A stretch of DNA of 63,018 nt, counting the filler, from Octopus bimaculoides (Eukaryota), in assembly GCF_001194135.2 (NCBI RefSeq). It is 5 parts of 5 records of this genome, joined end to end, with 100 filler letters (N's around TTAATTAATTAA, not from the genome) between each part and the next. Parts side by side here need not be neighbours in the genome. Positions count along the whole stretch, not along the records: positions 1 to 31,199 come from NC_068985.1; positions 31,300 to 44,282 come from NC_069007.1; 3 more parts are not named here. One strand, written 5' to 3'. The notes under the pieces are model-generated. The model searched no databases and was not told the origin of the DNA. It saw nothing but the letters and a program-made list of their open reading frames with translations. Both the position numbers and the translations under genes were made by a program. Of the stretch, positions 24,107 to 32,150 are shown piece after piece. Within the stretch, counting starts at the first letter, position 1. The number at the start of each line of letters is the position of its first letter.

Positions 24107-27100
24107 GTAAATATAATATGTGACAATTATTCGGTAGCCAAGTTAAAACTCTGAGTTTTGGATGTCGGTGCGGAAACCCACACCGGCATCTCTTCACTAC
24201 TTGATATCCTGTTGCTTATTTTGATATATGTGTGTGTGTGTGTGTGTGTGTCTTTGTGTCTATGTTTGTTCCACCACCACTGCTTGACAACCGGTGTTGG
24301 TCAGTTGATGTCTCCATAACTTAGTAGTTCAACAAGAAAGATCAATAGAGTCATTCAAGTAAAATTCTGTAAGGTGGTGTCCCAGCATAGCTGCAGTCTA
24401 ATAACTGAAACAAGTAAAAGACAAGATAAATCCATTGTTAAACATTTCTAAAGTTTCAGTAATAAAAGTGTTTGATGACCAGAGGCACCGGGTTTCAAAT
24501 TTTACATTTTATAATTTTAACTGGTTATAATGTCTCCCCTGAAAACTTTGTCTTTATATTGTGTGTCAAAGCAGTCAGCTTTACAGATACCATCACTCTC
24601 CATGATTTTAATTTCATCTGGGAATTGCAGGTACAAGAAGAAAGTGAAGTCAAAGTAACTCATTAACAGGCACATTATTAGGAACTTAATACCACTGTGT
24701 GCTACTCATATATTATGAATGTTGTTAAGGAATGCTATGCTCTTCTAATTGTATAAAACTAAATGATTCCTCCATCTGTGTCAACTGAACCACTTATAGT
24801 ATCAACAAAAATAAGTAGCTGAGAATTTCAAAGATATGTGGATCCTTAATATGAATTCTTGGGTATAATCAGTGCAGCTTATTGTGTATCAAAGTTGGCT
24901 CTTTGGATTATAGACACAGCCAATTTGATAAGCTTTCGGGCAATTTACCAAGTTATACATTCACTGGAGCTCATAAATATTTACCAGACCTTCTTATACA
25001 TCTGGCATCCTAACCAGAGTTATCTGGCAGACATACTGCATTTCTGTTTATATCAAAAGACAGACAATGATAGAGATGAAAGTAGTAATAATGTTGATGA
25101 TGATCGTCATATTTATGCAGAGATATGTTGTGAGGGGAATGGAGAAGACTAAACTACTTTTTTCTTATTGCAATGCACACTATTGTTTTGTTTTTGACTT
25201 TTAGGAATTTCAAAAGCAAATCGTTGTCATAAAGGAAAAGATTGAGAAACATAGGCTTAAAGAACCAAAGGCACTTGAAGAATTCAGTTCTTGGATGTCT
25301 AATTTTGACCCTTTGCTTGATACTTTGGAAATCCCTGGTTAGTTGTAATTACACCTTAATCAAATTTACTATATTGCTGTTTCAAATAATTCATTTGTCT
25401 TTTGTTATATATATATTTTTTTCTATATATATACAGTAGTACGTCTGTTTTCAAACAACTCTGATCACAAATAAATTGCACTTTATATATANNNNNNNNN
25501 NNNNNNNNNNNNNNNNNNNNNNNNNNNNNNNNNNNNNNNNNNNNNNNNNNNNNNNNNNNNNNNNNNNNNNNNNNNNNNNNNNNNNNNNNNNNNNNNNNNN
25601 NNNNNNNNNNNNNNNNNNNNNNNNNNNNNNNNATATATAAAGCATGATTTATTTGTGATCAGAGGTGTTCATAAACCGAGGTACTACTGTATTGAATGAA
25701 TATGAAAATGACAGGAGATAAAGCATGATTTATTTATGCTCTGAGTTGTTTGAAAACTGAGGTACTACTGTAATTTTATTCTCTGTGTGTGTGTGTAGTT
25801 TTTCAGTTGGATGGTTTGAATAGTTTTATTTGAAAAATATTTATTGGAGAAGAAAAGGTGTTTTTTTTTAACTATTCTTTATGGGTTGGACAATTTGTCC
25901 AAAGGTGGTGAGGTGCGCCAGGTTCCATTCTGATTTGGTTTAGTTTCTACAGCTGGTGCCCTTCCTAACACCAACCACTTTACAGTATGTGCTGGGTGCT
26001 TTAACATGGCGCCAGCATGAGCACTTTTATGTGGCACTGGCACAGAGGACTCTTGCAAACCAATCCTCTTCACTAGGGGGAGTATCCTTAACACTTCTGC
26101 TGTGAAGGATAGGTCTTCTATGTGTGGCAATTTGTATTTCTATAAAAAAATGTTTGTATGGATGAATGCTGTTTTCTAGATGAAATGTGTAATAGATCAC
26201 TGGTTTTATTTATTTATTTAAATAATGTTTTCCTTGTATGTGTTTTAAGTTTTTCAGTTGATTGTTTTGAATGGGTTTAATTGAAAAATGTAACTCTTTT
26301 GATACCAATTCACCCAAGACTGCCCCTGGTCCTATAATTAATCCTGTTCTAAGGGCTTTGAAGGCTGCAGGTTCCCTACTTGTTATAATAAACCATCATT
26401 TGGTGCTTAACATCATTGTGATTTTTTTTTAATCCAGCTTTATTATAATGCAATGTTGATCTTATTTTCTAGGTCAGTATCATGGATTTAGTAAGCCTTT
26501 ACTGGAATATCATATAAAGATCTCTGGTTTTGACCAACAGGTAAGTTATTGAAATATTTTGTTTTAGGTTGTTCTTAATATTTTACTCCAAGGTCAGCCT
26601 TTATTAAGCAGATCTATGATCAAAAGCATTGCCCTCTCACCTCTAATACTACATTATCCAATGTAATCTTTGATACTATGTTTTAAAGATGGTAGATGTA
26701 CTTTAATGGTATTTTGGCTACCTTTTCTTATTTCTTTATTGCCCACAAAGGGCTAAACATAGAGGGGACAAACAAGAACAGACAAAGGGATTAAGTCGAT
26801 TATATCGACCCCAATGTGTAACTGGTACTTAATTTATCGACCCCGAAAGGATGAAAGGCAAAGTCGACCTTGGCGGAATTTGAACTCAGAACGTAACAGC
26901 AGACGAAATACCACTAAGCATTTCGCCCGGCATGCTAACGATCTGCCAGCTCACCGCCTTATTTTGGCTACCTTTTCTGACAAGCTGAAAAAAAACAAAA
27001 TATTCCCCTGTTGCGCCCACCTTTTTTTAACTTTTCTTTAGATAGGGTGTCATGTAAAGGGGATGAAAGCAGTATGGTTTTTTTAATACCTCCTATTTAA

Positions 27101-30100
27101 TTTCTTTCAGTTCTAAGTTCAAACTTACTCTATGATCAATGATAAAAGTCCTAGGAATATAATAAGGAGAGATTTATTGATTCCACATTCATCTTCAAAA
27201 GGTTAACCTTGCCGAAAGAAATTACTATTATAACATCCACATTTAATAACTGTTTTGATTTTCAATTATGCTAATAAGACAGTGTGGAAGCAGAAGGTTG
27301 TTAAATGGCAAACAGGAAGTAAATGAATGATAATAGAAGTAAAATTAAAATGGGTCAAAGGATGAATACCTTATTTATAACTTCTTTCTTAACTCTTTAT
27401 TTGTGCCTTAATGTTTTTCTCATTTGTGAAGAGAAAACAGTTTTCTTTCTTTGTATGTCTGTGTGTCCCCCCACCACCATCACTTGACAACCAATGCTAG
27501 TGTGTCTATGTCCCTGTAACTTAGCGGTTTGGCAAAAGAGACTGATACAGTTAGTACTACGCTTTCAAAGAATAAGTCTTGGGATCGATTTGTTCAACTA
27601 AAGGTGGTGCTCCAGCATGACCGCAGTCAAATGGCTGAAGCAAATAAAAGAATATGTACAGAATGGGGTTCCACATAGTTTCTTTCAACCAAATTCACTC
27701 CTTAGGCATTGGTCAGCCCAGGGCTATAGTAGAGGACACTTTCCTGAGCTGACACACAGCGAGACTGAACCTGAAATCACTTAGTTGCAAAACAAGCTTC
27801 TTAACCTCACACCCATTGTCTTTTTTTCTTTTTCTCTTTTTTAAGGTCCAAACCTTCTCATCATTACAAAAGCCAAGAAAGATTATAATTCGAGGTAACA
27901 ATCAAAAGGAATATCCCTTCATAGTAAAATGTGGAGAAGATTTACGTCAAGACCAGAGAATTGAACAACTGTCTGAAGTCATCAATGAAATATTCAAAAA
28001 AAATTCCATCTGCCAAACCAAGAAATTACAGCTGAAGACATATCAAATTATACCAATGACTACACGGTATGGTTCATTGAAGACATTTTTTTTGTTTTTA
28101 TCATCATCATCATCATTATCATCATCTTCGTCATCATCTTTATCATACTTTCCATTAACCATTAAGCATTAATCCAATAAGTAATTCTTTTTTTTTAAGA
28201 TAGCAGTATGTAAATTTTGAAAGAGACTTGACTACTATTTCTAGTAGGATTAACATTTGTTGTCCATACTGACAAGCTGGGGAGCTGCATCAGGTGAAAT
28301 ATTTAACCCTTTAGCATCTAAACCAGCCAGATTTAGCTTTTCACACGTACCCTACAATGTCATTCTACAAATAAACAATCACATCATCAAAATCTTCAAA
28401 CTATGAGATAATGCATGCTGAATTCAAAACAATGTGACTGAAGCATTATATTTGACAGAGTAATTTGAATGCTTAAGGTTTAGAATATTTTTTATTCATG
28501 ATACACAATGTAGATACACTCAAAACAAATCATATAATAATTATATAGGGACCGAGACTTTTGGCTATATACCATGCTTGAGAAGACCTGTTAAACCCAA
28601 GTGAAGTATTAGTTGAGGCTGTTGTTAGTGTCACATATGTGGCATGTAAAAAGCACCTTTCAAGTGTTGGGCCTCATGGAGGCAATGTGGCCGATGCCAG
28701 TGTCATGTAACTAGCACTCATGCAGGTGGCTTGTACAAAGTACCTTTTGAAATATTTGTCTTTCCTTTGAGCATTACTCACATAAGTGAAATGAAATGGC
28801 TTCATATTAAACTTGATTTGTTGGCAGCTAAGATTCCAACTTACCACTGCTCATCATCATCGTTTAACGTCCGCTTTCCATGCTAGCATGGGTTGGACAG
28901 TTTGACTGAGGACTGGTGAAACCAGATGGCTACACCAGCTCCAATCTGATTTGGCAGAGTTTCTACAGCTGGATGCCCTTCCTAACGCCAACCACTCAGA
29001 GAGTGTAGTGGGTGCTTTTTACATGCCACCGGCACGAAGGCCAGTCAGGCAGTACTGGCAATGGCCACGCTCAAAGTGGTGTATTTTACATGCCACCTGC
29101 ACAAGAGCCAGTCCAGGGGCACTGGCAACGACCGGAAATATAGCATTGAGTTCTGGTTAAACCAATTCTAAAATATATATTTGTCTCTTTTTAGTTTAAT
29201 CTATTTTATTATTTTTCGCACCGCTTTTAGTGTTGGACTACTTGAATGCCTTGAAAATGTTCTCACTCTTCAAGATACTCTACAAAAAGATTTAAAAAAC
29301 AAGGAAAATTACATTTTCGAGTAAGTAATGTAAAAATTTTTGTTTGTTTGGTTTTTTTTACTATCAATTTTAATTAATTTAACAGTTTTACATCATCATT
29401 TTAATCGATTTATGCATTTATTCCATATTAGCATTGATTGAACAGGTTTGTTCTAGCACAGCATTTCACCATTCATTGTATTCCTTTGTTGTCTGATACA
29501 TGCACAAGGAACACTACCAACTTTCTTTTTTGTGTATATCATGGATTTTGGCTGGTGTGGTTGTGTGGTAAGAAGCTTGCTTACCAACCACATGGTTCTG
29601 AGTTCAGTCTCATTGCATGGCACTTTGGGCAAGTGGATTTGGTAGACAGAAACTGAAAGAAACCCACTTTTGACTGGGAACCAGAAAATGTAACTACAAT
29701 TCAGGCTGTGAGAGAGCTTCTAAGTTGTATGATGGATACACAAAAAGTATTTTTACTTACTGGTAGTAATGTTTCAAGTGTTGCAGTAGTAGGTAAATGC
29801 CTTCCAGTTGGTAATACTACGTGATTATCTCCAGATACTGCAAGCTGGATTTGGGTTTTTTTTGTTTGCCTGTCTAGCTAAAAGGGAATCACACAGTTTT
29901 GGGTTGATATCAGCTTTCATTGCATGATATGTATTAAGAAACATAGTTAGGAAATTATCAGTCACCAGTTTAGTTGTCTGATAAAGCAAATTTTCTGCCA
30001 AGGAGTTTCAACTAGTTAGCTGTAGTAGAGAATGCAATGTGTCATGTCTTGTGCAGTCATCAAACATGAAGTATATTATTGAAATAATAGCTATTGATAT

Positions 30101-30672
30101 ACTAGTTGTCTCAGTTACCAACTATAATGTCAACATACAACTAAAAGCTAAACTGAACAACTTTATATACTGAAAAGCAGAAAATTATTGCTTGCATTTA
30201 GAATTTATCACCCCAAAGCAGATATTGACAGAACATACCTACTGAGCAATGTGCACTCTTTAAAAATACAGAATAAATAATAATTAGCTAATTATTATTT
30301 ATAGCTAATTTTAATTTCTTCACTGTCAATAGCTGGAGAATTGTTATACTTTACTGGATTTTAGGAAAGGCATTCAGAATGTCAATCTTTGTTCTGAAAG
30401 AGAGAATAAAACAATACAGGGTAACCATCCAATGTGATATTAATGAATAATTGCATGGTTTGAAATACAGAAATGATATTTGTCTATCGCAAGAATATTA
30501 AAAATTCAAACTAATTATTTTAAAATTTCAGAACATTTAAAAGACATAAAGAGTTTAAAAACAAATATGATGTTGCATCAGGAGTAATGAATATATTTAA
30601 GAAATGTAAAAAACCCGAAGCTGAATTAGGATACCAAAGTATTTGTGCAAGAATACCACAGGATCTTTTAAG
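517..30672 (+). CDS. PRKDC: DNA-dependent protein kinase catalytic subunit, partial multi-exon gene (FAT domain through kinase hinge); 20 exons, 2546 coding nt
   Basis: Twenty AG/GT(GC)-bounded exons join with matching phases into one open frame. The peptides follow the order of recalled human DNA-PKcs motifs (WDDVITNR, QNNF, IPCWMFLNWI, YPQ|AIVY, LEIPGQY, VKCGEDLRQDQRIEQL, PQDLLR). Confidence 0.95.
1967..2095 (+). CDS. PRKDC: PRKDC exon (ENYLQPLIQSKLKLM...KSNILE)
   Basis: tttcag|GAA ... GAG|gtaaa, phase 0/0; resembles ETYLPYMIRSKLKL...KAILE. Confidence 0.92.
2303..2570 (-). mobile_element. RTE-type LINE 3' end fragment
   Basis: (CAT)n tail followed by the reverse complement of the family 3' UTR seen at 3500-3683. 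Confidence 0.8.
2620..3683 (+). mobile_element. 5'-truncated RTE LINE: decayed RT C-terminus plus 3' UTR and (GAT)n tail
   Basis: Frameshifted peptides KLKVVDNFCYL, AEDMRRLERNEA, WMCNVSV, LREKLDI, LQWYG, LEGSCGR are typical of the RTE RT thumb/C-terminus. Confidence 0.85.
3689..3845 (-). mobile_element. tRNA-derived SINE family B (gcaggagtggctgtgtggtaag head)
   Basis: Also at about 4660-4790(+), 9120-9230(-), 17606-17682(+), 19405-19512(-), 23167-23335(+), 27670-27815(-), 29546-29670(+), 52638-52730(+). Confidence 0.8.
4362..4460 (+). CDS. PRKDC: PRKDC exon (HQFSKELSLMFLWQENYDRALIYINNAIQQFLL)
   Basis: aaacag|CAT ... CTG|gtgagt, phase 0/0; resembles [23 protein letters not shown]. Confidence 0.92.
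5243..5660 (-). mobile_element. RTE LINE 3' end fragment
   Basis: catcatttaatgtctgctttccatgctgg... same family as 2620-3683. Confidence 0.75.
6624..6732 (+). CDS. PRKDC: PRKDC exon (EWSNTDILMKSRRKYLLQNLQVLSEIENFLSFFKNK)
   Basis: tttacag|GAA ... AAAG|gtaga, phase 0/1; resembles LQSVQALTEIQEFISF. Confidence 0.9.
6838..7020 (+). mobile_element. SINE family A, decayed copy
   Basis: ggcagtaagctggcacaatcgttaac...gttcaaattgtgc...ggggttgataaaataaatacc. Confidence 0.75.
7459..7570 (+). CDS. PRKDC: PRKDC exon (KIKSCSSINQLFNCWEKQTPSLLEDPVKVWDDVITNR)
   Basis: caacag|AG ... AACAG|gtaaga, phase 1/2; matches MDPMNIWDDIITNR. Confidence 0.93.
7915..8265 (-). mobile_element. RTE LINE 3' end fragment
   Basis: catcatcagttaacgaccgctttccatgctgg... 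family motif. Confidence 0.75.
8488..8950. repeat. ~460-bp imperfect palindrome
   Basis: Arms 8488-8722 and 8725-8950 around cttcagctt-ct-aagctgaag. Confidence 0.9.
9410..9596 (+). CDS. PRKDC: PRKDC exon (LTYIDQITIE...AESCCEQNNFKLARTILKKISG)
   Basis: cttcag|A ... GGA|gtaagt, phase 2/0; contains QNNF(S/K)LA motif. Confidence 0.9.
9707..9834 (-). mobile_element. SINE family A, decayed 5' part
   Basis: Reverse complement of the family A head. Confidence 0.75.
10041..10640 (-). mobile_element. RTE LINE 3' end fragment with repeated 3' UTR modules
   Basis: (CAT)n tail, family 3' UTR, and the end of the RT (MMNDRDLWQYAVHEKKTHQAK on the minus strand). Confidence 0.8.
11215..11450 (+). mobile_element. 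SINE family C, CpG-decayed copy
   Basis: ggcttagttgttagggtgttggactcatg...gtgtccttgaacaaaacacttcatttcacattgttccagtctactcagctggc. Confidence 0.75.
11722..12096 (+). mobile_element. Young tRNA-derived SINE (family E, my label)
   Basis: A box tgacccagtgg, B box ggtttcgattcc; CpG-rich inside an otherwise CpG-poor intron. Confidence 0.8.
12286..12415 (+). CDS. PRKDC: PRKDC exon (DCKHISLMKLKLKWNHLYVQSCQKKNLPSKDTCINLVNNLKIL)
   Basis: ccattag|GAT ... CTTT|gtatgt, phase 0/1; 43 codons, same length as the corresponding human segment; weak sequence similarity. Confidence 0.8.
12496..12751. repeat. Inverted repeat, ~101-bp arms, 54-nt spacer with inner 9-bp hairpin
   Basis: 12496-12596 vs 12651-12751, one mismatch seen. 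Confidence 0.92.
13127..13329 (+). CDS. PRKDC: PRKDC exon (EHDLSLLPLEEQSLKWKHNVLYGEHL...YESRTLSTQ), probable GC donor
   Basis: tttgtcaacag|GT phase 1; ends ACACAG|gcaaag phase 0, the phase required by the next exon. Confidence 0.75.
14043..14193 (+). CDS. PRKDC: PRKDC exon (ELSQKLIISGCEYLEKN...ETHLAIAKYCNQFLQ)
   Basis: actccag|GAA ... CAAG|gtatgt, phase 0/1; resembles DAYMTLADFCDQQLR. Confidence 0.85.
16201..16343 (+). CDS. PRKDC: PRKDC exon (SPSLGNNLMSSLLKAIRYGIKEAQQRFCHLLQLLE...FINE)
   Basis: ttttcag|AT ... GAG|gtatgt, phase 1/0; resembles [24 protein letters not shown]. Confidence 0.92.
16905..17275 (+). mobile_element. Two tandem SINE family A copies
   Basis: ttctgagttcaaattctgc...gataaaataagtacc...gtcaatgtaattgact occurs twice (about 16905-17050 and 17068-17275). 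Confidence 0.75.
17436..17558 (+). CDS. PRKDC: PRKDC exon (SKKIPCWMFLNWINQMISLLDKPKAYAIHDIVYNIACQYPQ)
   Basis: tttacag|AGC ... CAA|gttggt, phase 0/0; matches VPCWQFISWISHMVALLDK...YPQ. Confidence 0.95.
17676..18117 (-). mobile_element. Mariner (Hsmar1/cecropia-like) 5' fragment with TIR
   Basis: Minus-strand peptide MDKKQICTIFLFQFKLG*KAAETARDINDVFGSGTTNERIAQWWFKKF...SGRPSDVDNDQLRALVE (ATG at 17928); TIR ttaggttgtcaagaaag..ttgcgga ends at 18117 next to TA. Confidence 0.9.
18165..18598 (+). mobile_element. Tc1/mariner-superfamily (maT/DD37D-like) transposase 3' fragment with TIR
   Basis: QQDGAPCHFALQVRQFLNEKFPNRWIGRG...PLDFFLWG; ends in ggataccctgtata. Confidence 0.8.
18895..18983 (+). CDS. 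PRKDC: PRKDC exon (AIVYSFKISNEGFRFEGNDSGTQNRKFVE)
   Basis: ttttcag|GCT ... GAAAA|gtgagt, phase 0/2; matches AIVYPFIISSESYSF. Confidence 0.93.
19754..19847 (+). CDS. PRKDC: PRKDC exon (LSCRLNSKTLPQVFTFISSLESFANPFNVFK)
   Basis: tgtcag|G ... AAG|gtaaaa, phase 2/0; resembles DFINALDQLSNPELLFK. Confidence 0.9.
20600..21219 (+). mobile_element. Young RTE-family 3' end with tandem ~65-nt 3' UTR units and (GAT)n tail
   Basis: CpG-retaining; unit gtggcacataaaatacacca.tttgagcgtggccgttgccagtaccgcctgactgg repeated at least 3 times. Confidence 0.85.
21883..22029 (+). CDS. PRKDC: PRKDC exon (DWSKNAQHL...LYKDMYSALFEN...YYQKFTK)
   Basis: tttccag|GAT ... AAG|gtaatt, phase 0/0; resembles DWSND...MYERMYAALGD. 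Confidence 0.92.
23006..23074 (+). CDS. PRKDC: PRKDC exon (NFHSLFVSSFGKDGSKINKMSKQ)
   Basis: ttttcag|AAT ... CAG|gtaaac, phase 0/0; matches FGKGGSKL. Confidence 0.92.
23167..23335 (+). mobile_element. SINE family B copy
   Basis: gtgcaggtgtagctatgtggtaag...ggttctgggttcagtcc...gtgtcttctattatagc. Confidence 0.75.
23524..23614 (-). ncRNA. Decayed hammerhead ribozyme motif
   Basis: UCC CUGAAGA U GGGAGCUCA...UGAGCCCCC GAGA ACAGCUGU U GGA (insertion in GAA). Confidence 0.45.
23775..23892. repeat. Perfect 56-bp hairpin with 6-nt loop
   Basis: 23775-23830 is the exact reverse complement of 23837-23892. Confidence 0.95.
24139..24203 (-). ncRNA. Decayed hammerhead ribozyme motif
   Basis: GUGAAGA GAUGCCGGUGUGG-GUUU-CCGCACCGACAUC CAA AACUC-A-GAGUU U; two core substitutions. 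Confidence 0.4.
25205..25337 (+). CDS. PRKDC: PRKDC exon (EFQKQIVVI...LEEFSSWMSNFDPLLDTLEIP)
   Basis: cttttag|GAA ... CCTG|gttagt, phase 0/1; matches LKECSPWMSDF...LEIPG. Confidence 0.93.
25434..25770. mobile_element. Tigger/pogo-like MITE with extra right TIR copy
   Basis: ta|cagtagtacgtctg... at 25434 and ...gaggtactactg|ta at 25689 and 25770; ~55-bp inverted ends around (TA)n/gap. Confidence 0.7.
25880..26130 (-). mobile_element. RTE LINE 3' end fragment (old)
   Basis: atgggttggacaatttg...gtttctacagctggtgcccttcctaacaccaaccact family motif. Confidence 0.7.
26473..26540 (+). CDS. PRKDC: PRKDC exon (GQYHGFSKPLLEYHIKISGFDQQ)
   Basis: tttctag|GT ... CAG|gtaagt, phase 1/0; matches [23 protein letters not shown]. 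Confidence 0.95.
26729..26959 (-). mobile_element. Full-length young tRNA-derived SINE (family A, my label) with 19-bp TSD
   Basis: Head ggcggtgagctggcag (A box) and gttcaaattcc (B box) on the minus strand; tattttggctaccttttct at 26710-26728 and 26960-26978. Confidence 0.9.
27846..28066 (+). CDS. PRKDC: PRKDC kinase N-lobe exon (VQTFSSLQKPRKIIIRG...VKCGEDLRQDQRIEQL...YQIIPMTTR)
   Basis: ttttaag|GTC ... ACACG|gtatgg, phase 0/2; catalytic Lys codon at 27927-27929; PIKK signature EDLRQD. Confidence 0.97.
28303..28482. mobile_element. TTAA/CCCTTT-ended (piggyBac-like) MITE
   Basis: ttaaccctttagcat...aatgcttaaggtt; related copies at about 14872-15100 and 8379-8465. Confidence 0.6.
28852..29132 (-). 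mobile_element. Young RTE-family 3' end
   Basis: Near-identical reverse complement of 20963-21219. Confidence 0.88.
29231..29320 (+). CDS. PRKDC: PRKDC kinase hinge exon (VGLLECLENVLTLQDTLQKDLKNKENYIF)
   Basis: cttttag|T ... TTCGA|gtaagt, phase 2/2; corresponds to LGLIEWLENTVTLKD. Confidence 0.93.
29546..29670 (+). mobile_element. SINE family B copy
   Basis: ggctggtgtggttgtgtggtaagaagcttgcttaccaaccacatggttctgagttcagtc. Confidence 0.75.
30532..30672 (+). CDS. PRKDC: PRKDC exon (TFKRHKEFKNKYDVASG...ICARIPQDLLR), last recognisable exon
   Basis: atttcag|A ... TTAAG|gttaat, phase 2/2; matches KVPADLLKR. Confidence 0.9.
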
Positions 30673-30886
30673 GTTAATAAATTATTTCTTTTTCTTTATT
30701 TATTTATTAAATTATAGACTTTCTATATTTATTGTCAGATATATTCCTTTTACTCTTTTTATATTCAATGTTGTACATTTTCAGAATGTTAGAGCAATTT
30801 TACACTTTCCTGGTCTTCTTATAGTTAACCACTCTACTTTTATAACAATAATTTCTGCCAGTACCCCATGACTGGCTCCCGTGCCC

Positions 30887-31199
30887 GTCGTCATCGTCGT
30901 CGTTTAACGTCCGCTATCCATGCTAGCATGGGTTGGACAATTTGACTGAGGACTGGTGAAACCAGATGGCTACACCAGGCTCCAATCTGATTTGGCAGTG
31001 TTTCTACAGCTGGATGCTCGAAAATTCTACAACGGTCCCACACAAGAGCCAGTTCTGGGGCACCAGCAACGATCTCGCTCGAAATATTTCGTGTATCGCC
31101 CGGACATGAGCAAAATCCAGGGGCACCGGCAATGATCTCACTCGAAAAACCTCATGTGTCACCCGCACAAGAACCAGTCCAGGGGCACTGGCAACGATC
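30887..31199 (-). mobile_element. Young RTE-family 3' end running into an assembly gap
   Basis: cgtttaacgtccgctatccatgctagcatgggttgg... near-identical to the 28852 copy over the first ~130 nt. Confidence 0.85.
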
Positions 31200-31299
31200 N
31201 NNNNNNNNNNNNNNNNNNNNNNNNNNNNNNNNNNNNNNNNNNNTTAATTAATTAANNNNNNNNNNNNNNNNNNNNNNNNNNNNNNNNNNNNNNNNNNNN
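31200..31299. other. Assembly join (N run with TTAATTAATTAA six-frame stop linker)
   Basis: Identical linker embedded in N runs at 31244-31255, 44327-44338, 52775-52786, 56467-56478. Confidence 0.9.
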
Positions 31300-31301
31300 T
31301 A

Positions 31302-31337
<36 letters not shown>

Positions 31338-32054
31338 TGTATGTATGTATGTATGTATATGTATATACATTTCAATGAAGGAGCCTTGGATCTAGGTTAG
31401 AAACCGGTTCTTTATTGGCAAGAAATCTTGATATAAAATGAATAATGACATACATACATACATACATACATACATACACATACTTCTTAATAGAAATTTT
31501 GTTATTTTTTCATTCAGAACTCGAACCGCAGCAGGAAACCTATGGTAGCAGACAAGCAAGAATACCTGTATTTAGATAAATAAATAAATAAATGAATGAA
31601 TAAATAAAAAGTTATTCATCCACTTTCCCAATGTTGAGTCTTCATTCTTCCATTTCGACGGTGAAAGAATTCTTGCTTTTAGCGGATGATGACGACGACG
31701 ACGATGACGATGACGATGACGACGACAACTATAATGATGATGATGATGGTGATGGTGATGGTGGTGGTGGTGGTGGTGGTGATAAAAGCAATAGGGTGTC
31801 TTGCTGATCGACAGACTGGAGTTGCTGAGAGAAACGGCGTCGTAGTCGCATGTGGTATCGCATGGTGCTGTGCCTGCTGCCTTCTTTGATTTATGATGGT
31901 AATAATGCTATCATCTCCGTTATTGTTGTTGTTGTTGTTCTTCTTCTTGCCGTCGTCGTTGTTGTTGTTGTTGTTGTTGTCGTCTGCATCATCGTCGTCG
32001 TTATTAATTAATTTTCTGTTTATCCTCTTTTTTTTTTTTTGCTTTTGTTACTAC

Positions 32055-32150
32055 CGGAATGATTCGCTTGGAGGAATCTGTTTGAACGCTAACGATTTGG
32101 CACGGGTGGCTGGAAACAGAACCTTGTCTTGGCGACAGTAGTTCTTGACA
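32055..32150 (-). CDS. Candidate 96-nt symmetric exon of an unidentified minus-strand gene
   Basis: tgtttgcctccag| acceptor and CCG|gtagta donor; open in two frames; no homology recognised. Confidence 0.3.

Noticed and set aside
29247-29249. RNA editing as a rescue of the hinge Cys or the Ser at 27972
   Set aside because: ADAR makes only A-to-G changes; TGC-to-TGG and TCT-to-TTT are not reachable.
31244-31255. TTAATTAATTAA palindrome repeated at 31244, 44327, 52775 and 56467
   Set aside because: Always embedded in N runs and encodes stops in all six frames; an assembly linker, not biology.
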